Source: Candidatus Bathyarchaeota archaeon (GTDB lineage Archaea > Thermoproteota > Bathyarchaeia > Bathyarchaeales > Bathycorpusculaceae). Taken from it: DNA of 64,000 bases. Location of the stretch: positions 448,001 to 512,000 of the forward strand of contig OY969706.1 in NCBI GenBank assembly GCA_963702095.1, given 5' to 3'. Shown piece after piece: positions 29,593 through 39,760 of the stretch. Below the pieces are notes generated by a model. It was not told the DNA's origin and did no database searches. It worked only from the letters and a program-made list of their open reading frames with translations. Both the position numbers and the translations under genes were made by a program. Every line of letters begins with the position of its first letter. Position 1 is the first letter of the stretch.

Positions 29593-30204
29593 ATGGCGCA
29601 CCCCAAAAATAACGGCACCCAACAAAACAAAACAGTAATTTGCATCTCGGGCATGGCAGGCACAGGCAAAAGCACCTTAGCCAAGAAACTCGCCGAAAAA
29701 TACCGCCTCAACTACTACTCCGGCGGAGACGCACTAAAAGCCTTGGCGAAAGAGGAAGGCTACGACATTTCCACTCAGGGCTGGTGGGAAAGTCCCGTCG
29801 GCTTAAAATTTCTCCAAGAACGCCTCAACGACCCCAAATTCGACAAGGCAGTTGACGATAAACTCTTAGAATTCGCCAAACAAGGCAACGTTCTTCTTGA
29901 CAGTTGGACTATGCCTTGGCTGCTTAAAGTCGGCGGATTCAAGATTTGGCTCGAAGCTTCTTTTGAGAAGCGTGCGGCAAGAGTTGCGGAGCGGGATAGT
30001 TTGACTTATGAGGAGGCTGTTTTGGTGCTTGGGGAAAAAGAAGGGCGCACTAAAGCTATTTACAAGGCGTTGTACGGGTTTAGTTTAGGCGAGGATTTGT
30101 CGCCGTTTGACTTCGTTTTGGATACGGACAATTTGGATGCGGGCGAGGTTTTTGAGGTTTTGTGCAGCGTCATAGACAACGTGGTTGTTTCTGCTACAGC
30201 TTAG
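29593..30204 (+). CDS. cmk: Cytidylate kinase (archaeal type)
   Basis: ISGMAGTGKST, SGGD, RVAERD, DTDNL. Confidence 0.9.
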   Translation: MAHPKNNGTQQNKTVICISGMAGTGKSTLAKKLAEKYRLNYYSGGDALKALAKEEGYDISTQGWWESPVGLKFLQERLNDPKFDKAVDDKLLEFAKQGNVLLDSWTMPWLLKVGGFKIWLEASFEKRAARVAERDSLTYEEAVLVLGEKEGRTKAIYKALYGFSLGEDLSPFDFVLDTDNLDAGEVFEVLCSVIDNVVVSATA

Positions 30205-30299
30205 TTTAGATAGAATTTAATTCTATAACAATGTTCCAGATTCTTTAAAACTCCCTCGCTGAATCTTTTCCCCTAGCGTTGGAAAGGAGAGAGTGGACC

Positions 30300-30692
30300 A
30301 TGGGGAAGGCTATCCAATGTTTAGTTGTGATGCTTTTCTTTTTAGCTTCGTTTTCCTGCATTTTAGCCTCTTACCGGCTACTAAACCTTCAAACAACGTT
30401 TACTCTGATTATTTTCAACGCCTTCTTCCTACCGCTGTTTTTCCACCTCAACGGCACCTACCTCCAGAAAGCAGGCATATTGACCGCAGGTAACCTCTTG
30501 GGGTTATTCTGGAACTTTTTCTTCTAGTATCTCTCAACCACAGGTAACACGTACTTAGGGTTGCCTTTCAACGCTGTCTTCGCTCTCTTCTATCCCATTC
30601 TAAATTTGATGTGGGTCGTTCCCTTCTGGTCTCTTAGCCTAAGTTTTCTACCTAAACTTTCACCCCCATCAACCGCAGTCGTGGACGCATGA
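30300..30692 (+). CDS. 4-TM membrane protein with in-frame TAG at 30525-30527
   Basis: Frame stays open and hydrophobic for 54 more codons after the TAG, ending in an ATGA overlap with the GT2 gene. Confidence 0.65.
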
Positions 30693-31969
30693 TAAACGAG
30701 ATTTTAAGCGCCTTTTTCGTTTTTTCAGTGTTTGTCATCAGCGCCTATTTGATTCGGCACTACCTCTTCACCCTAACCGTACTTAGGCATATCAAAAACC
30801 AGCCGGCAACTGCCGCTGTGCCCCAAACCAACTTTGAACCAACAGTTAGCATACTCGTCCCCGCCCACGACGAAGACCAAGTCATAGGCGACTTACTGCA
30901 GAAGATGACGGAGATAGCTTACCCCAAAAACAAATATGAGGTAATAGTTGTAGACGACGCCTCACAGGACAAAACAGGGCAAATAGCCGACGCATACGCC
31001 GAACAATACCCCTTCATAAAAGCCCTACACCGAAACAGCCAAATCGGCGGAAAAGGCAAAGCAGCCGCCCTAAACGCAGCCCTCAAACAAGCCACAGGCG
31101 AAATCATCGTTTGCTTCGACGCCGACTACATCCCGCACCCAAACGTCGTCAGTAAGCTTGTAGAAAAATTCGTTGACCCCAAAGTTGGAGCTGTACAGGG
31201 CCGACCCGTGGTCCTCAATGAACCCCAAAATGTAGTCACCCGACTGGTCGCTTTGGAGCGGATTGGCGGGTATAGGGTAGACCAGGAAGCACGGGACTTG
31301 CTGGGGTTAGTGCCTCAGTTCGGCGGAACAGTAGCTGCTTTTCGCCGTGACGTAGCACTAAGTTTTGGCGGTTTTGACGAAACCATGCTAACAGAAGACA
31401 CTGACCTTACCTTCCAAATTTACCGTTCAGGCTATCAAATTCGCTATGCTGGCGACGCAGAATGCTATGAGGAGGCGGTGGATTCTTGGCGGACGTATTG
31501 GCGGCAGAGGCATCGGTGGGCAAAGGGACACATGCAGGTTTGCCTCAAACATACCTCCAAAGTGATCACAAGCAAGAACATGCGGCTTAGGGAGAAAATC
31601 GATGGGTTGCTGCTACTTCATATCTATTTCATGCCGTTGGTAACATTGCTTTCGCTTTTCATCGGCGCGTACCTTATCTTGACGGGCTCTGCCCTCGCAG
31701 GGACGCTTTGGTTCGTGGTGCCCATTTCCTTTTACAGTTTTGTCGGCAACTTTGCACCTTTCTTTGAAATTAGCGTAGGCGCCTACTTGGACGGAAGAAA
31801 ACGTGCGCAGTGGTTAGCGCCTTTGCTGATTTTCTCTTTCTTCTATAACATTCTGATTTGCGCCAAAGCCTTTTTCGATCTCTGTCTCGATAAACTGTTC
31901 CGCCGCAGGGGAGGCGACTGGGAGAAAACTACCCATTTGGGTAGGGGAAAGCGTTATATTGGGAATTAA
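30689..31969 (+). CDS. Processive GT2 glycosyltransferase (cellulose synthase-like)
   Basis: DD, GKAAALN, DADY, TED and QRHRW (QxxRW) motifs; flanking TMs. Confidence 0.92.
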   Translation: MINEILSAFFVFSVFVISAYLIRHYLFTLTVLRHIKNQPATAAVPQTNFEPTVSILVPAHDEDQVIGDLLQKMTEIAYPKNKYEVIVVDDASQDKTGQIADAYAEQYPFIKALHRNSQIGGKGKAAALNAALKQATGEIIVCFDADYIPHPNVVSKLVEKFVDPKVGAVQGRPVVLNEPQNVVTRLVALERIGGYRVDQEARDLLGLVPQFGGTVAAFRRDVALSFGGFDETMLTEDTDLTFQIYRSGYQIRYAGDAECYEEAVDSWRTYWRQRHRWAKGHMQVCLKHTSKVITSKNMRLREKIDGLLLLHIYFMPLVTLLSLFIGAYLILTGSALAGTLWFVVPISFYSFVGNFAPFFEISVGAYLDGRKRAQWLAPLLIFSFFYNILICAKAFFDLCLDKLFRRRGGDWEKTTHLGRGKRYIGN

Positions 31970-31988
31970 GCGTTAATTATCAAAGATA

Positions 31989-32243
31989 TTGATGATTCAG
32001 ATTCATAATCTGATTTCATTCTCCACATACGTTGTGGCTCCTGCATGCATAGCAATCACACTGATGTTTCTGCCTGCCCTAATAGAACTCAAAAAACCCC
32101 ACGATGCAGGCCCCAGAATAATAAACTACAATTTCATCCAAGCAAAACTACTATGCCTAAGCATGCTAACCGATATCGAAGAAAAAATTGAAAAACAGTT
32201 CAATTTCAGAGCCGCCATCTTTCCAGTTTGCATCTCGATATAG
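31989..32243 (+). CDS. Small hypothetical membrane protein
   Basis: TM helix then LPALIELKKPHDAGPR. Confidence 0.55.
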   Translation: MMIQIHNLISFSTYVVAPACIAITLMFLPALIELKKPHDAGPRIINYNFIQAKLLCLSMLTDIEEKIEKQFNFRAAIFPVCISI

Positions 32244-32254
32244 AAACCTAAAAT

Positions 32255-33289
32255 TTACTTGAACAGTAACTTAGAGTTTTTCCATTGATCCCTTGCCAGA
32301 GACACAAGGTTCCGAGGGCTTCCATAGAGAGAATATGCGACGTAGCAGAGGTAATTGCATTGGGTGCAGTCATGGTAGGTTTCACGTAGCTCTTTGAACT
32401 TTTTGCTCTTCCACTGCTCAGGCAAATCAAAAACCGAGCCGGCAAAGTTATGGTTGTGGCAACCGGAGATGCGGCCTAAATGGTCAACGACAAGGAAGTA
32501 TTTGAGCGCCTGACATTTCCATACACGTTTGTCGTCTTGGTAAAGTGCCCTAAGTGCTTCCATGAGTTTTTTTGTTATAAGGATGTTCTTATTTGTTTTC
32601 ATCTCTTTTATGATGTCATTGCAAAGCTTAATCATGGCTTCTTTGTCGGTTATGATGAATTCGTCGTTTGCCTTGCCTATCCTAAAGAGCTGTTTACTGT
32701 CCACGGAAGTATCAAAAGAGTAGAGGCAATACCAAACCGGGATGCCTTTGCCCGTAAAATACTTCGTTATATCCAGAATTTCATAGAGGTTCTTCTGAGA
32801 AATAGTTGGGGTAACGCTGACTTTGATGCCTTCCTTTTGCAGGGTTTCCACCGCATTCATGGCGTTCTCCCATGCACCGGGGACATCTTTTATGGCGTCG
32901 TTTTTTGCGGGGTCTAAACTGTCGATGGATACAGCAACAAAGTCGACTTTATGGAGTGCATCAATCTTCTTAGCCACCATACTGCCGTTATCGTAAACGG
33001 TTGTGACAAAACGGTCAGAGGCATAATCTAGGATTTCAGCGATGTCTGGTCGGAGAAGTGGGTCTCCGCCGGAGATGACAAGCTCCACGATTCCCATTTT
33101 CTTGAGTACGTCTAAGCCTTTCTTGACTTCTTCGGTTGAAAGCTCCCTTTGGTCCTGTTCTTTCCAGACGTTGCAGCCTACACATCGATAGTTACATTTT
33201 CGGGTTATCAACCACTGAGCATGATGCGGTTTGCCAGGAGTCACAAAACGCGTTGCCACTGAAACTGCCTTCTTCCAACCTGTAGTCAA
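32255..33289 (-). CDS. Radical SAM protein with SPASM/twitch-type C terminus
   Basis: CNYRCVGC, SGGDPL, VSIDS; C-terminal C..GRISGC..CTQC..C. Confidence 0.92.
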   Translation of the reverse strand: MTTGWKKAVSVATRFVTPGKPHHAQWLITRKCNYRCVGCNVWKEQDQRELSTEEVKKGLDVLKKMGIVELVISGGDPLLRPDIAEILDYASDRFVTTVYDNGSMVAKKIDALHKVDFVAVSIDSLDPAKNDAIKDVPGAWENAMNAVETLQKEGIKVSVTPTISQKNLYEILDITKYFTGKGIPVWYCLYSFDTSVDSKQLFRIGKANDEFIITDKEAMIKLCNDIIKEMKTNKNILITKKLMEALRALYQDDKRVWKCQALKYFLVVDHLGRISGCHNHNFAGSVFDLPEQWKSKKFKELRETYHDCTQCNYLCYVAYSLYGSPRNLVSLARDQWKNSKLLFK

Positions 33290-33502
33290 ACTGTCTTCAT
33301 CACTTAATCGCTGATTAATGCTTAGAAGTATTCAGTCTTGGACTATAAAAACCATTATCAGTATTGGGGGTTGGCTGAGGGAAAATTCTGCCGAGCAGAC
33401 TCTGTTAAAAGCATATGGTAAGCAGCAAATCTTTTTACTTAGCTAACTTTTTTAAGCTCGCATATAAGAGTCAACAGCACCACATTATACGCAGGCAGCA
33501 GC

Positions 33503-34155
33503 ATGGCATACGAACAGGACTACTTCACCACAAGGAAGTATCAACTTAAGCAGCAAGTCGTTGAACGGCACGTACTCGAAGTTCTCCGATGGGCAACCAA
33601 AAAGCTCGGTGAAAACCTTCTAGACGGCGCTGGCAAACGGGCCTGAACGTCGGCTGCGCGTACGGTTACACTTCAAAGGTACTGGCGGGACTGGGTTATG
33701 AAACCGTCGGCATCGACATCTCAGCGCACGCAATAAAACAAGCCAAAACCCGTTTATCTACTGAACTTTTAGTATGTGATGCCCAAAGTGCCCTGCCCTT
33801 TGATGCTTCAAGCTTTGATTTAGTGGCATGTTTTGACGTTTTAGAGCATCTGCCCTATCCCGAGCAAGCGCTATCGAGAATGTTTGACGTTTGCCGGGGC
33901 ACACTGGTTTGCACAACACCTAACGGGAAAGTTGAGAAACCCGTGCGCAAACTTATGCGTGACTACGATGAAACGCATGTGAGTACTAAAACCCAAAAAG
34001 ATTGGGAAAAGTCAGTTTCAACTGGTTTGGCTTCCGGCAGATTTAGGGTGGAGGCGTTTCAAGATTTTGTTTTTAGGTTTTGGGGCAAGTTGTTTTTTAA
34101 GTCGGTTAGTGTTCCCACTTATGGGTTAACTGTACGGGTGGTAATTAGGAAGTAA
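33503..34155 (+). CDS. Class I SAM-dependent methyltransferase; frameshift at ~33643
   Basis: MAYEQDYF...GAGKRA joins (L)NVGCAYG..GIDIS..FD..CFDVLEHL. Confidence 0.85.
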
Positions 34156-34162
34156 TGCGGAT

Positions 34163-34891
34163 TTGACGGGTGACACAGTTGATGTTGTGCTGTTAACTAA
34201 GAACAGCGAACGCAAACTCAAAGACTGCGTGGACTCCATCTACCGAAACGTTCCAGTAGCTAACTTAATCGTTGTTGACGGCTACTCCACGGACCGTACC
34301 TTAGAAATCATGGCTGGTTTCAACGAATCACACCGCAACGTAAAAGTCATTATGGACCGAGGAACCCGTGCCACTGCACGCCAAAGAGGCATTGAAGCAG
34401 TAAAAACCGAATGGTTCCTTTTTGTAGACAGCGACGTGGTGCTTTGCCGTGACTGGTACAGAAAAGCCCAAGAACACATCCGACCCGACGTTGGCGCAGT
34501 CTGGGGCATAGAAGTTTGGTCGACCATCGAAAAACCCAAAACCCTACGGCTGTTTTTGACGACCACCCGCAAGATCTTTGAGGTTCGAGGCGGTACCCAC
34601 GACACCCTCATCCGCACCAGCCTCATGAAAGACATCCATATACCCTCTGGTTTGCACGTGTTTGAGGATGCCTACATAAAAGACTGGATAACTAACCAAG
34701 GGTTCAACGTTGTTCCCTGTTATGACCCCTTCTGCCTCCATTATCGTCCTGAATCGGTATGGACTATTCGGGGAAGTTTAGGTTTAATCGCTGAAGCCTT
34801 CGAATATGGTAACGCCCGATTAATCAGCAGGCTGCTTTTGGCTTATGGATTCTATGCAGCTTACTCTATTTACCAAGTAATTTCTCGATAA
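34163..34891 (+). CDS. GT2 family glycosyltransferase
   Basis: VDGYSTDRT, FVDSDV (DxD). Confidence 0.9.
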   Translation: MTGDTVDVVLLTKNSERKLKDCVDSIYRNVPVANLIVVDGYSTDRTLEIMAGFNESHRNVKVIMDRGTRATARQRGIEAVKTEWFLFVDSDVVLCRDWYRKAQEHIRPDVGAVWGIEVWSTIEKPKTLRLFLTTTRKIFEVRGGTHDTLIRTSLMKDIHIPSGLHVFEDAYIKDWITNQGFNVVPCYDPFCLHYRPESVWTIRGSLGLIAEAFEYGNARLISRLLLAYGFYAAYSIYQVISR

Positions 34892-34963
34892 TACGCTAAA
34901 ACTGGCTGTAATTGGGTTTATGTTTTTAAGCTATCTCTAGACAATAAACTGCTAAGGATACCT

Positions 34964-35731
34964 TTGAAGGCGCCAGTGCAAGTCGACGTTGTCATGCTGA
35001 CAAAGAACAGCCAACACCTACTGGGCAAATGCCTAAACGCTGTCTACCGAAACGTACCCATAAAAAACCTCATCGTCATCGACGGCTACTCCACCGACCG
35101 CACACTCAAAATTTTGGAGCAGTTCAACCGCAAATACGGCAACATCCAGCTTTACCCGATGGAGGGCACCAGAGCCAAAGCCCGCACTGAAGGCATCCGA
35201 AGGGTCACTACAGAATGGTTCATGTTTGTCGACAGCGACGCATTACTTTGTAAAGATTGGTTCAAAAAAGTGGCTGTGGACTTAGCGGATGGGGTTGGCG
35301 CAGTGTGGGGTTTAAACATTGACTTGCTCCCCAACGTGCATAATAAGAGGATTCTTAGGATGCAGCTGTTGGTTGCGAAACGGTGTTTTAAGCTTCGGGG
35401 CGGTATGCATGATACTTTGATTCTGCGCAAAGCAGTGGAGGGCATTCAAATCCCAGAAGAACTGCACCTTTACGAGGACGCGTACCTTGTGCGCTGGATA
35501 GAGAACCACGGTTATAAGGTGGCGGTTGGACGTGATGTCTACTGCTTGCACGATAAGGCGCCTGATAATTGGAGCATCAAAAATGGGATGTCGCAGGCAA
35601 TCACTGAATTGCGCTGTTGCTTGGTCTACTCGCACCTCTATCAGTACGTGGTTTTTTACCCTGTTTTCTTAATGTATTGGGGTTTGCAGCTGCCGCTTAA
35701 TGGGTTTCGACAGGGCTTGCATAAAAAATAG
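34964..35731 (+). CDS. GT2 family glycosyltransferase (tandem paralog)
   Basis: IDGYSTDRT, FVDSDA, GAVWG, RGG.HDTLI shared with the upstream gene. Confidence 0.9.
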   Translation: MKAPVQVDVVMLTKNSQHLLGKCLNAVYRNVPIKNLIVIDGYSTDRTLKILEQFNRKYGNIQLYPMEGTRAKARTEGIRRVTTEWFMFVDSDALLCKDWFKKVAVDLADGVGAVWGLNIDLLPNVHNKRILRMQLLVAKRCFKLRGGMHDTLILRKAVEGIQIPEELHLYEDAYLVRWIENHGYKVAVGRDVYCLHDKAPDNWSIKNGMSQAITELRCCLVYSHLYQYVVFYPVFLMYWGLQLPLNGFRQGLHKK

Positions 35732-35806
35732 GTTGCTTCGGGTTAATCAGAATAGTTATCTACATGTATACTTATCTATATGTAACAGTTTGTCGGAGTA
35801 AGAACA

Positions 35807-36016
35807 ATGACTGAAACAACAACCATTAGGGTCTCCAAAAAAACTGCTGAAGCGCTCGAAAGTTTACGGGAAAACCTTAAAGCAGAAAGCCTTGACGAAG
35901 CAATCCAATCGCTAATCAAAAAACAGCGTAAAGCGGCTTTAGAACAAATGTTCGGTTCAGGTCGAGGAAAACTAACATCTTTCACAGAGGAAGACCGCGG
36001 TGAAGATCGTAATTGA
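35807..36016 (+). CDS. vapB: VapB-type antitoxin (RHH-like)
   Basis: TTTIRVSKKT beta-ribbon; overlaps the PIN-domain gene. Confidence 0.8.
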   Translation: MTETTTIRVSKKTAEALESLRENLKAESLDEAIQSLIKKQRKAALEQMFGSGRGKLTSFTEEDRGEDRN

Positions 36017-36404
36017 CTCATACGCTTGGATCGAGCTTTTTACGGGAAGCGCGGATGGGTATAAAGTAAAAGAAATCTTAGCGCGTGCTGATGAACTCTA
36101 TACCCCCGATATTGTTTTGGCAGAAGTTGCACGAAAATTTAGTCGTGACGGATTTGGCGATGCCTTCATCAACACGAGTCTTGAGCAGATAATTACTACT
36201 GCAACCATTACCTACATTGACCCAAAATTAGCCTTAGACTCAGCAAATTGCTACCAAGAGCTTAAGAAAAACGCTAAAAAAAACGAACTCAACACGCCCA
36301 GCCTATTCGATGCCATCCTATTATCTACCAGCAGATTACTTGACGCGAAACTCTTGAGTGGCGATGCTCATTTCCAATTAATGCCTGAAACAATCTGGGT
36401 ATAA
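36000..36404 (+). CDS. vapC: PIN-domain VapC toxin
   Basis: IVIDSYAWIE, LAEV, SLFDAI, LSGDAHF. Confidence 0.9.
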   Translation: MKIVIDSYAWIELFTGSADGYKVKEILARADELYTPDIVLAEVARKFSRDGFGDAFINTSLEQIITTATITYIDPKLALDSANCYQELKKNAKKNELNTPSLFDAILLSTSRLLDAKLLSGDAHFQLMPETIWV

Positions 36405-36409
36405 TCAAT

Positions 36410-37417
36410 TTAGCGTGATAACGCTACCCAAAGGTGGTCCGAACTTGGTCTTGGCAGCATATCACCCGACCCATCACTCTTAATTAGGATACGTTTGTCG
36501 GGGTTAGGCGTGAATTCGCCGATGACGTCAGCGTAAATGTGCTCGCGGCACAGGCTATCCACGATTTTGTCTGCTTGCGCTGACTCTGCGGCAATGAGCA
36601 GGGCACCCGAACTGATAAGTTGCAACGGGTCAATTTCATAGTAGCGGCAGATTTTGGCGGTTTCCGGTTCGACGGTGATTTTTTCTTCCTGCACATTTGC
36701 GCCTAACCCTGCTGCATCAGCCATCTCATGAACTCCGTTTAAGATGCCGCCCTCAGTTGGGTCATGCATCGCGTGGACTCCGCCCGCACGGTAAGCGGTT
36801 AAGGCGTCTTTGACGACGCTGATTTGACTGTAGAAGCCTTTGGCGCAGTCGAGCAGGCTTTGGCTGAAGATCCCTCTGAGTTGTTCCTCGCGGTCGGTTG
36901 CCAGGATCGCTGTGCCCTCGATGCCCGCGGACTTTGTTAAGATGATTTTGTCGCCTGCTTTTGCGTCGGCGGCGGTGACGTATTTGCCTTTGTCGGTTAA
37001 ACCCATGGTGCAGCCGACGACGATGGGGTTTGTTATGCCCGGTGTGACTTCACAGTGGCCGCCCACGATGGCGATGCCTAACTCGGAGGCGGCGTGGTGC
37101 ATTTGTGTGCTTATGGTTTCTATGATTTTGCTGTCAGCGTTTGGGGGCAGCATGATGCAGCTGAAAAAGAAGGCTGGTTCCACGCCGAATGTGGCTATGT
37201 CGTTGGCGTTTATGTTTATGGCTTCCCATCCGATGCGTTCCACGGCGCCTGTGATGGGGTCCATCGAGACTATGGCGTCTCTGCTGCCCATATCCAAGAC
37301 CGCGCCATCAACGCCTGCTTTGGGTCCCAATAGAACTTCGTTTCTGGGGGCGCCTAAGTTTTTGAATACGACGTTTTTTAGGATGTCTATGGGGATTTTT
37401 CCAGGCGGCAACTTCAT
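36410..37417 (-). CDS. AIR synthase/HypE-related (PurM-like) protein
   Basis: SMDPITG, ANDIA, GGHCEVT, MHDPTEGG; lacks the HypE PRIC tail. Confidence 0.85.
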   Translation of the reverse strand: MKLPPGKIPIDILKNVVFKNLGAPRNEVLLGPKAGVDGAVLDMGSRDAIVSMDPITGAVERIGWEAININANDIATFGVEPAFFFSCIMLPPNADSKIIETISTQMHHAASELGIAIVGGHCEVTPGITNPIVVGCTMGLTDKGKYVTAADAKAGDKIILTKSAGIEGTAILATDREEQLRGIFSQSLLDCAKGFYSQISVVKDALTAYRAGGVHAMHDPTEGGILNGVHEMADAAGLGANVQEEKITVEPETAKICRYYEIDPLQLISSGALLIAAESAQADKIVDSLCREHIYADVIGEFTPNPDKRILIKSDGSGDMLPRPSSDHLWVALSR

Positions 37418-37430
37418 ACTGTATCCTCTG

Positions 37431-37985
37431 TTAAAGGTAGCTTTTAAGCTGTGGGAAAACACGAAGCACAGCATGCATAACTGGAACCGCAATCACTAAG
37501 CCAACAACCATCTGAACCACGTTGAAGGGAACCTCTGCAAGTGCGCCTGCAAACGGTACCCCCAAAACCACCTGTTCGTAGATGAAGTAGCCTACAACCA
37601 TTTCTAATCCACCGATGACAATAGCAATGGTTGCGCTTAAGGTGAGGTTTTTTGTTTTTTTGTTTAGTTTTCTGGCTATGTATCCGACGAGGAAACCTTC
37701 AACTGCTTTAATGACAAGGGTTCCGGGTGCAAAAACTGGAGCCGCAAACATGTCAGCTATGGATGCTCCTGCCCCTGCAACTGCGCCGACGAATGGTCCG
37801 AAAAGTAGTGCGGCAACGTAGATGAGGGAGTCGCCGAGGTTGAAGTAGCCGCTGGTTGCGGGTATTGGGATCCAGAAGAGGGCGGTGGCGACGGCTACGA
37901 GTGCAGCGAATATGGCGGCTACTGCTATTTTTAGTGCTGTGGATTGGTCATGTTTGGCGGTGTGGGGTTGGGCTGTTTCTTCCAT
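37431..37985 (-). CDS. ECF transporter S component
   Basis: AxxxA (AIFAALV), IPIPATSGYFNLGD, GASIAD; about 6 TMs. Confidence 0.88.
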   Translation of the reverse strand: MEETAQPHTAKHDQSTALKIAVAAIFAALVAVATALFWIPIPATSGYFNLGDSLIYVAALLFGPFVGAVAGAGASIADMFAAPVFAPGTLVIKAVEGFLVGYIARKLNKKTKNLTLSATIAIVIGGLEMVVGYFIYEQVVLGVPFAGALAEVPFNVVQMVVGLVIAVPVMHAVLRVFPQLKSYL

Positions 37986-38181
37986 TGGTATCACGTTTTG
38001 GGGTTGGGAGTATGCAATTTGAATATTCAAATAACATCTTTGCTTCCTCGCTTAAAAGAGTTCAAGAGAACCTAAACTTGGTTAGCTACCATGGGATAGA
38101 CACAGCCGACCTGTTTGGTTATTGGTTGCTGGGGAAAATTCTAAATCCAAGTATCCGTCAATAGTTTGCAGTTGATGAGTT

Positions 38182-38583
38182 ATGACTGAAAGAGTAGACA
38201 CGATTAAACTTCACAAAGACGCAATGGCACTTATGGAAAACGGCAAATACGTTGAAGCCCGCGACTTATTTGGCAAAGTCGCTGACCTCTACTATAAAGG
38301 GCAAAACTATTTTGGCGCCGCCGAGATGAACTACAAAGCCGGCGAATGCTCCACCCAACTAAAAGAAAACGAGAAAGCCGTTGAGTTCTTCACTAAATCC
38401 GCCGACATCTCCTTCGCGAAGGGTTTTGAACGCTACGGTTTAAGCGCCCTGGAGAATGCACGGGAAGCACACAAGGCGTTGGGTCACACTAAAGAAGTGG
38501 AGGAACTCACCAAGAAAATTGATGAGATAAACAAGAAGAACGCTGAGCCTGAGGGCGAATCATCGTTCTCAGTATTCTCCTAA
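38182..38583 (+). CDS. TPR/SNAP-like helical repeat protein
   Basis: Repeats of Y.EA..F..A / KAGEC..AVEFF.KSA. Confidence 0.75.
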   Translation: MTERVDTIKLHKDAMALMENGKYVEARDLFGKVADLYYKGQNYFGAAEMNYKAGECSTQLKENEKAVEFFTKSADISFAKGFERYGLSALENAREAHKALGHTKEVEELTKKIDEINKKNAEPEGESSFSVFS

Positions 38584-38877
38584 ACTTAATCCCAAATGGT
38601 AAGCGAGGTCCAAGTGACCTCTTTCTTTGGTTTTTCAACATTTAATGGCTGCTCTTTCCACCAATAGGACCCTCCTCTATAGGTTTCTGCATAGATATGC
38701 TAGTAGGAACCAAATATGATTCCTAAAGTCCTGAATTCCTTTGCAAACAACAGAAAGCCGCAATACACGATAGAGGTAATCAATGACTCCGCTTTCTTAG
38801 TCTGCCCATATGGAACAATCCGTTCAGAAACAACCATTTGAGTAAACTATTAATCGCTTCTATTGGCATTAAACAGT

Positions 38878-39687
38878 ATGGATAAAATCGGCAAAACTTT
38901 TGCCTTAATCTTTACGCTAATTATTTTTCTACCATGTCTGACTTTGCTGACTATCAACCCTGCAAATGCCCAATCGACAGCTTATCCTACGCCCTACCCA
39001 GAAATACCTAAACCTGCTGTACCTCAATTTACCGTTAAGCTAATAGATTCTTCTTACGATATTGCTGCCTCTAACTCCACAGACCCCTACACTGGACAAA
39101 CAATAACTCAACCAAGCCAGCACATCGAAGCAAGAACAATAGAAATAAAAATAAAAAATGAAGCCTTCACACCTTTTGAAGTCAAATTAGGCACTTCTAA
39201 TTGGACGGCATATTATCAGTATAACATTCGTTGGAAGGGTCACTTTGAGAAAGATTGGCATGACCTCTTTTCAGCTTCTAATGGTTATTTAGGTAGGGAT
39301 TCAGAGAGTCCTGAAACAGTATTTGCTCCCCAAGGAGAATACTCATCAACAGAGGGATTACAGATGCATATTCAGGGCATGTATACAACCTTCCCGCCCA
39401 ATTCAACACTTGAGTTCCAAGTTCAAGCGATGATAGGGTTTGTTCATAGAGAAGTTAGCGCAATTCCTTCGGGTGGATGGATGTTTACTGGTGAAACAAG
39501 TGATTGGAGTCCCACTCAAACATTAACTATTACCGATAGCTCAAACTCTACTTCAACTCCTACACAGCAACCTTCCGCATCTCCAACTGCTCCAGAGTTA
39601 TCTTTGTTGGCTATTGTGCCTTTGCTTGTTGCAACGCTGTTTATTGCGGTAAAACTTCGGCACAGAAAAAACTCCCTTCTCCGATAG
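38878..39687 (+). CDS. Secreted surface protein with C-terminal TAPEL-TM-basic tail
   Basis: Signal peptide, PAVPQFTVK, FQVQAMIG, GETSDWSPTQT. Confidence 0.8.
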   Translation: MDKIGKTFALIFTLIIFLPCLTLLTINPANAQSTAYPTPYPEIPKPAVPQFTVKLIDSSYDIAASNSTDPYTGQTITQPSQHIEARTIEIKIKNEAFTPFEVKLGTSNWTAYYQYNIRWKGHFEKDWHDLFSASNGYLGRDSESPETVFAPQGEYSSTEGLQMHIQGMYTTFPPNSTLEFQVQAMIGFVHREVSAIPSGGWMFTGETSDWSPTQTLTITDSSNSTSTPTQQPSASPTAPELSLLAIVPLLVATLFIAVKLRHRKNSLLR

Positions 39688-39760
39688 GGATTTCCCAGTA
39701 ACAAAACGGTTACCAAAAGCCAACCCCCTCAACAATCAACCAACCGATTAGACAAAGACG

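Noticed and set aside
36410-37417. Second hypE
   Set aside because: Lacks the C-terminal PRIC cysteine needed for HypE function
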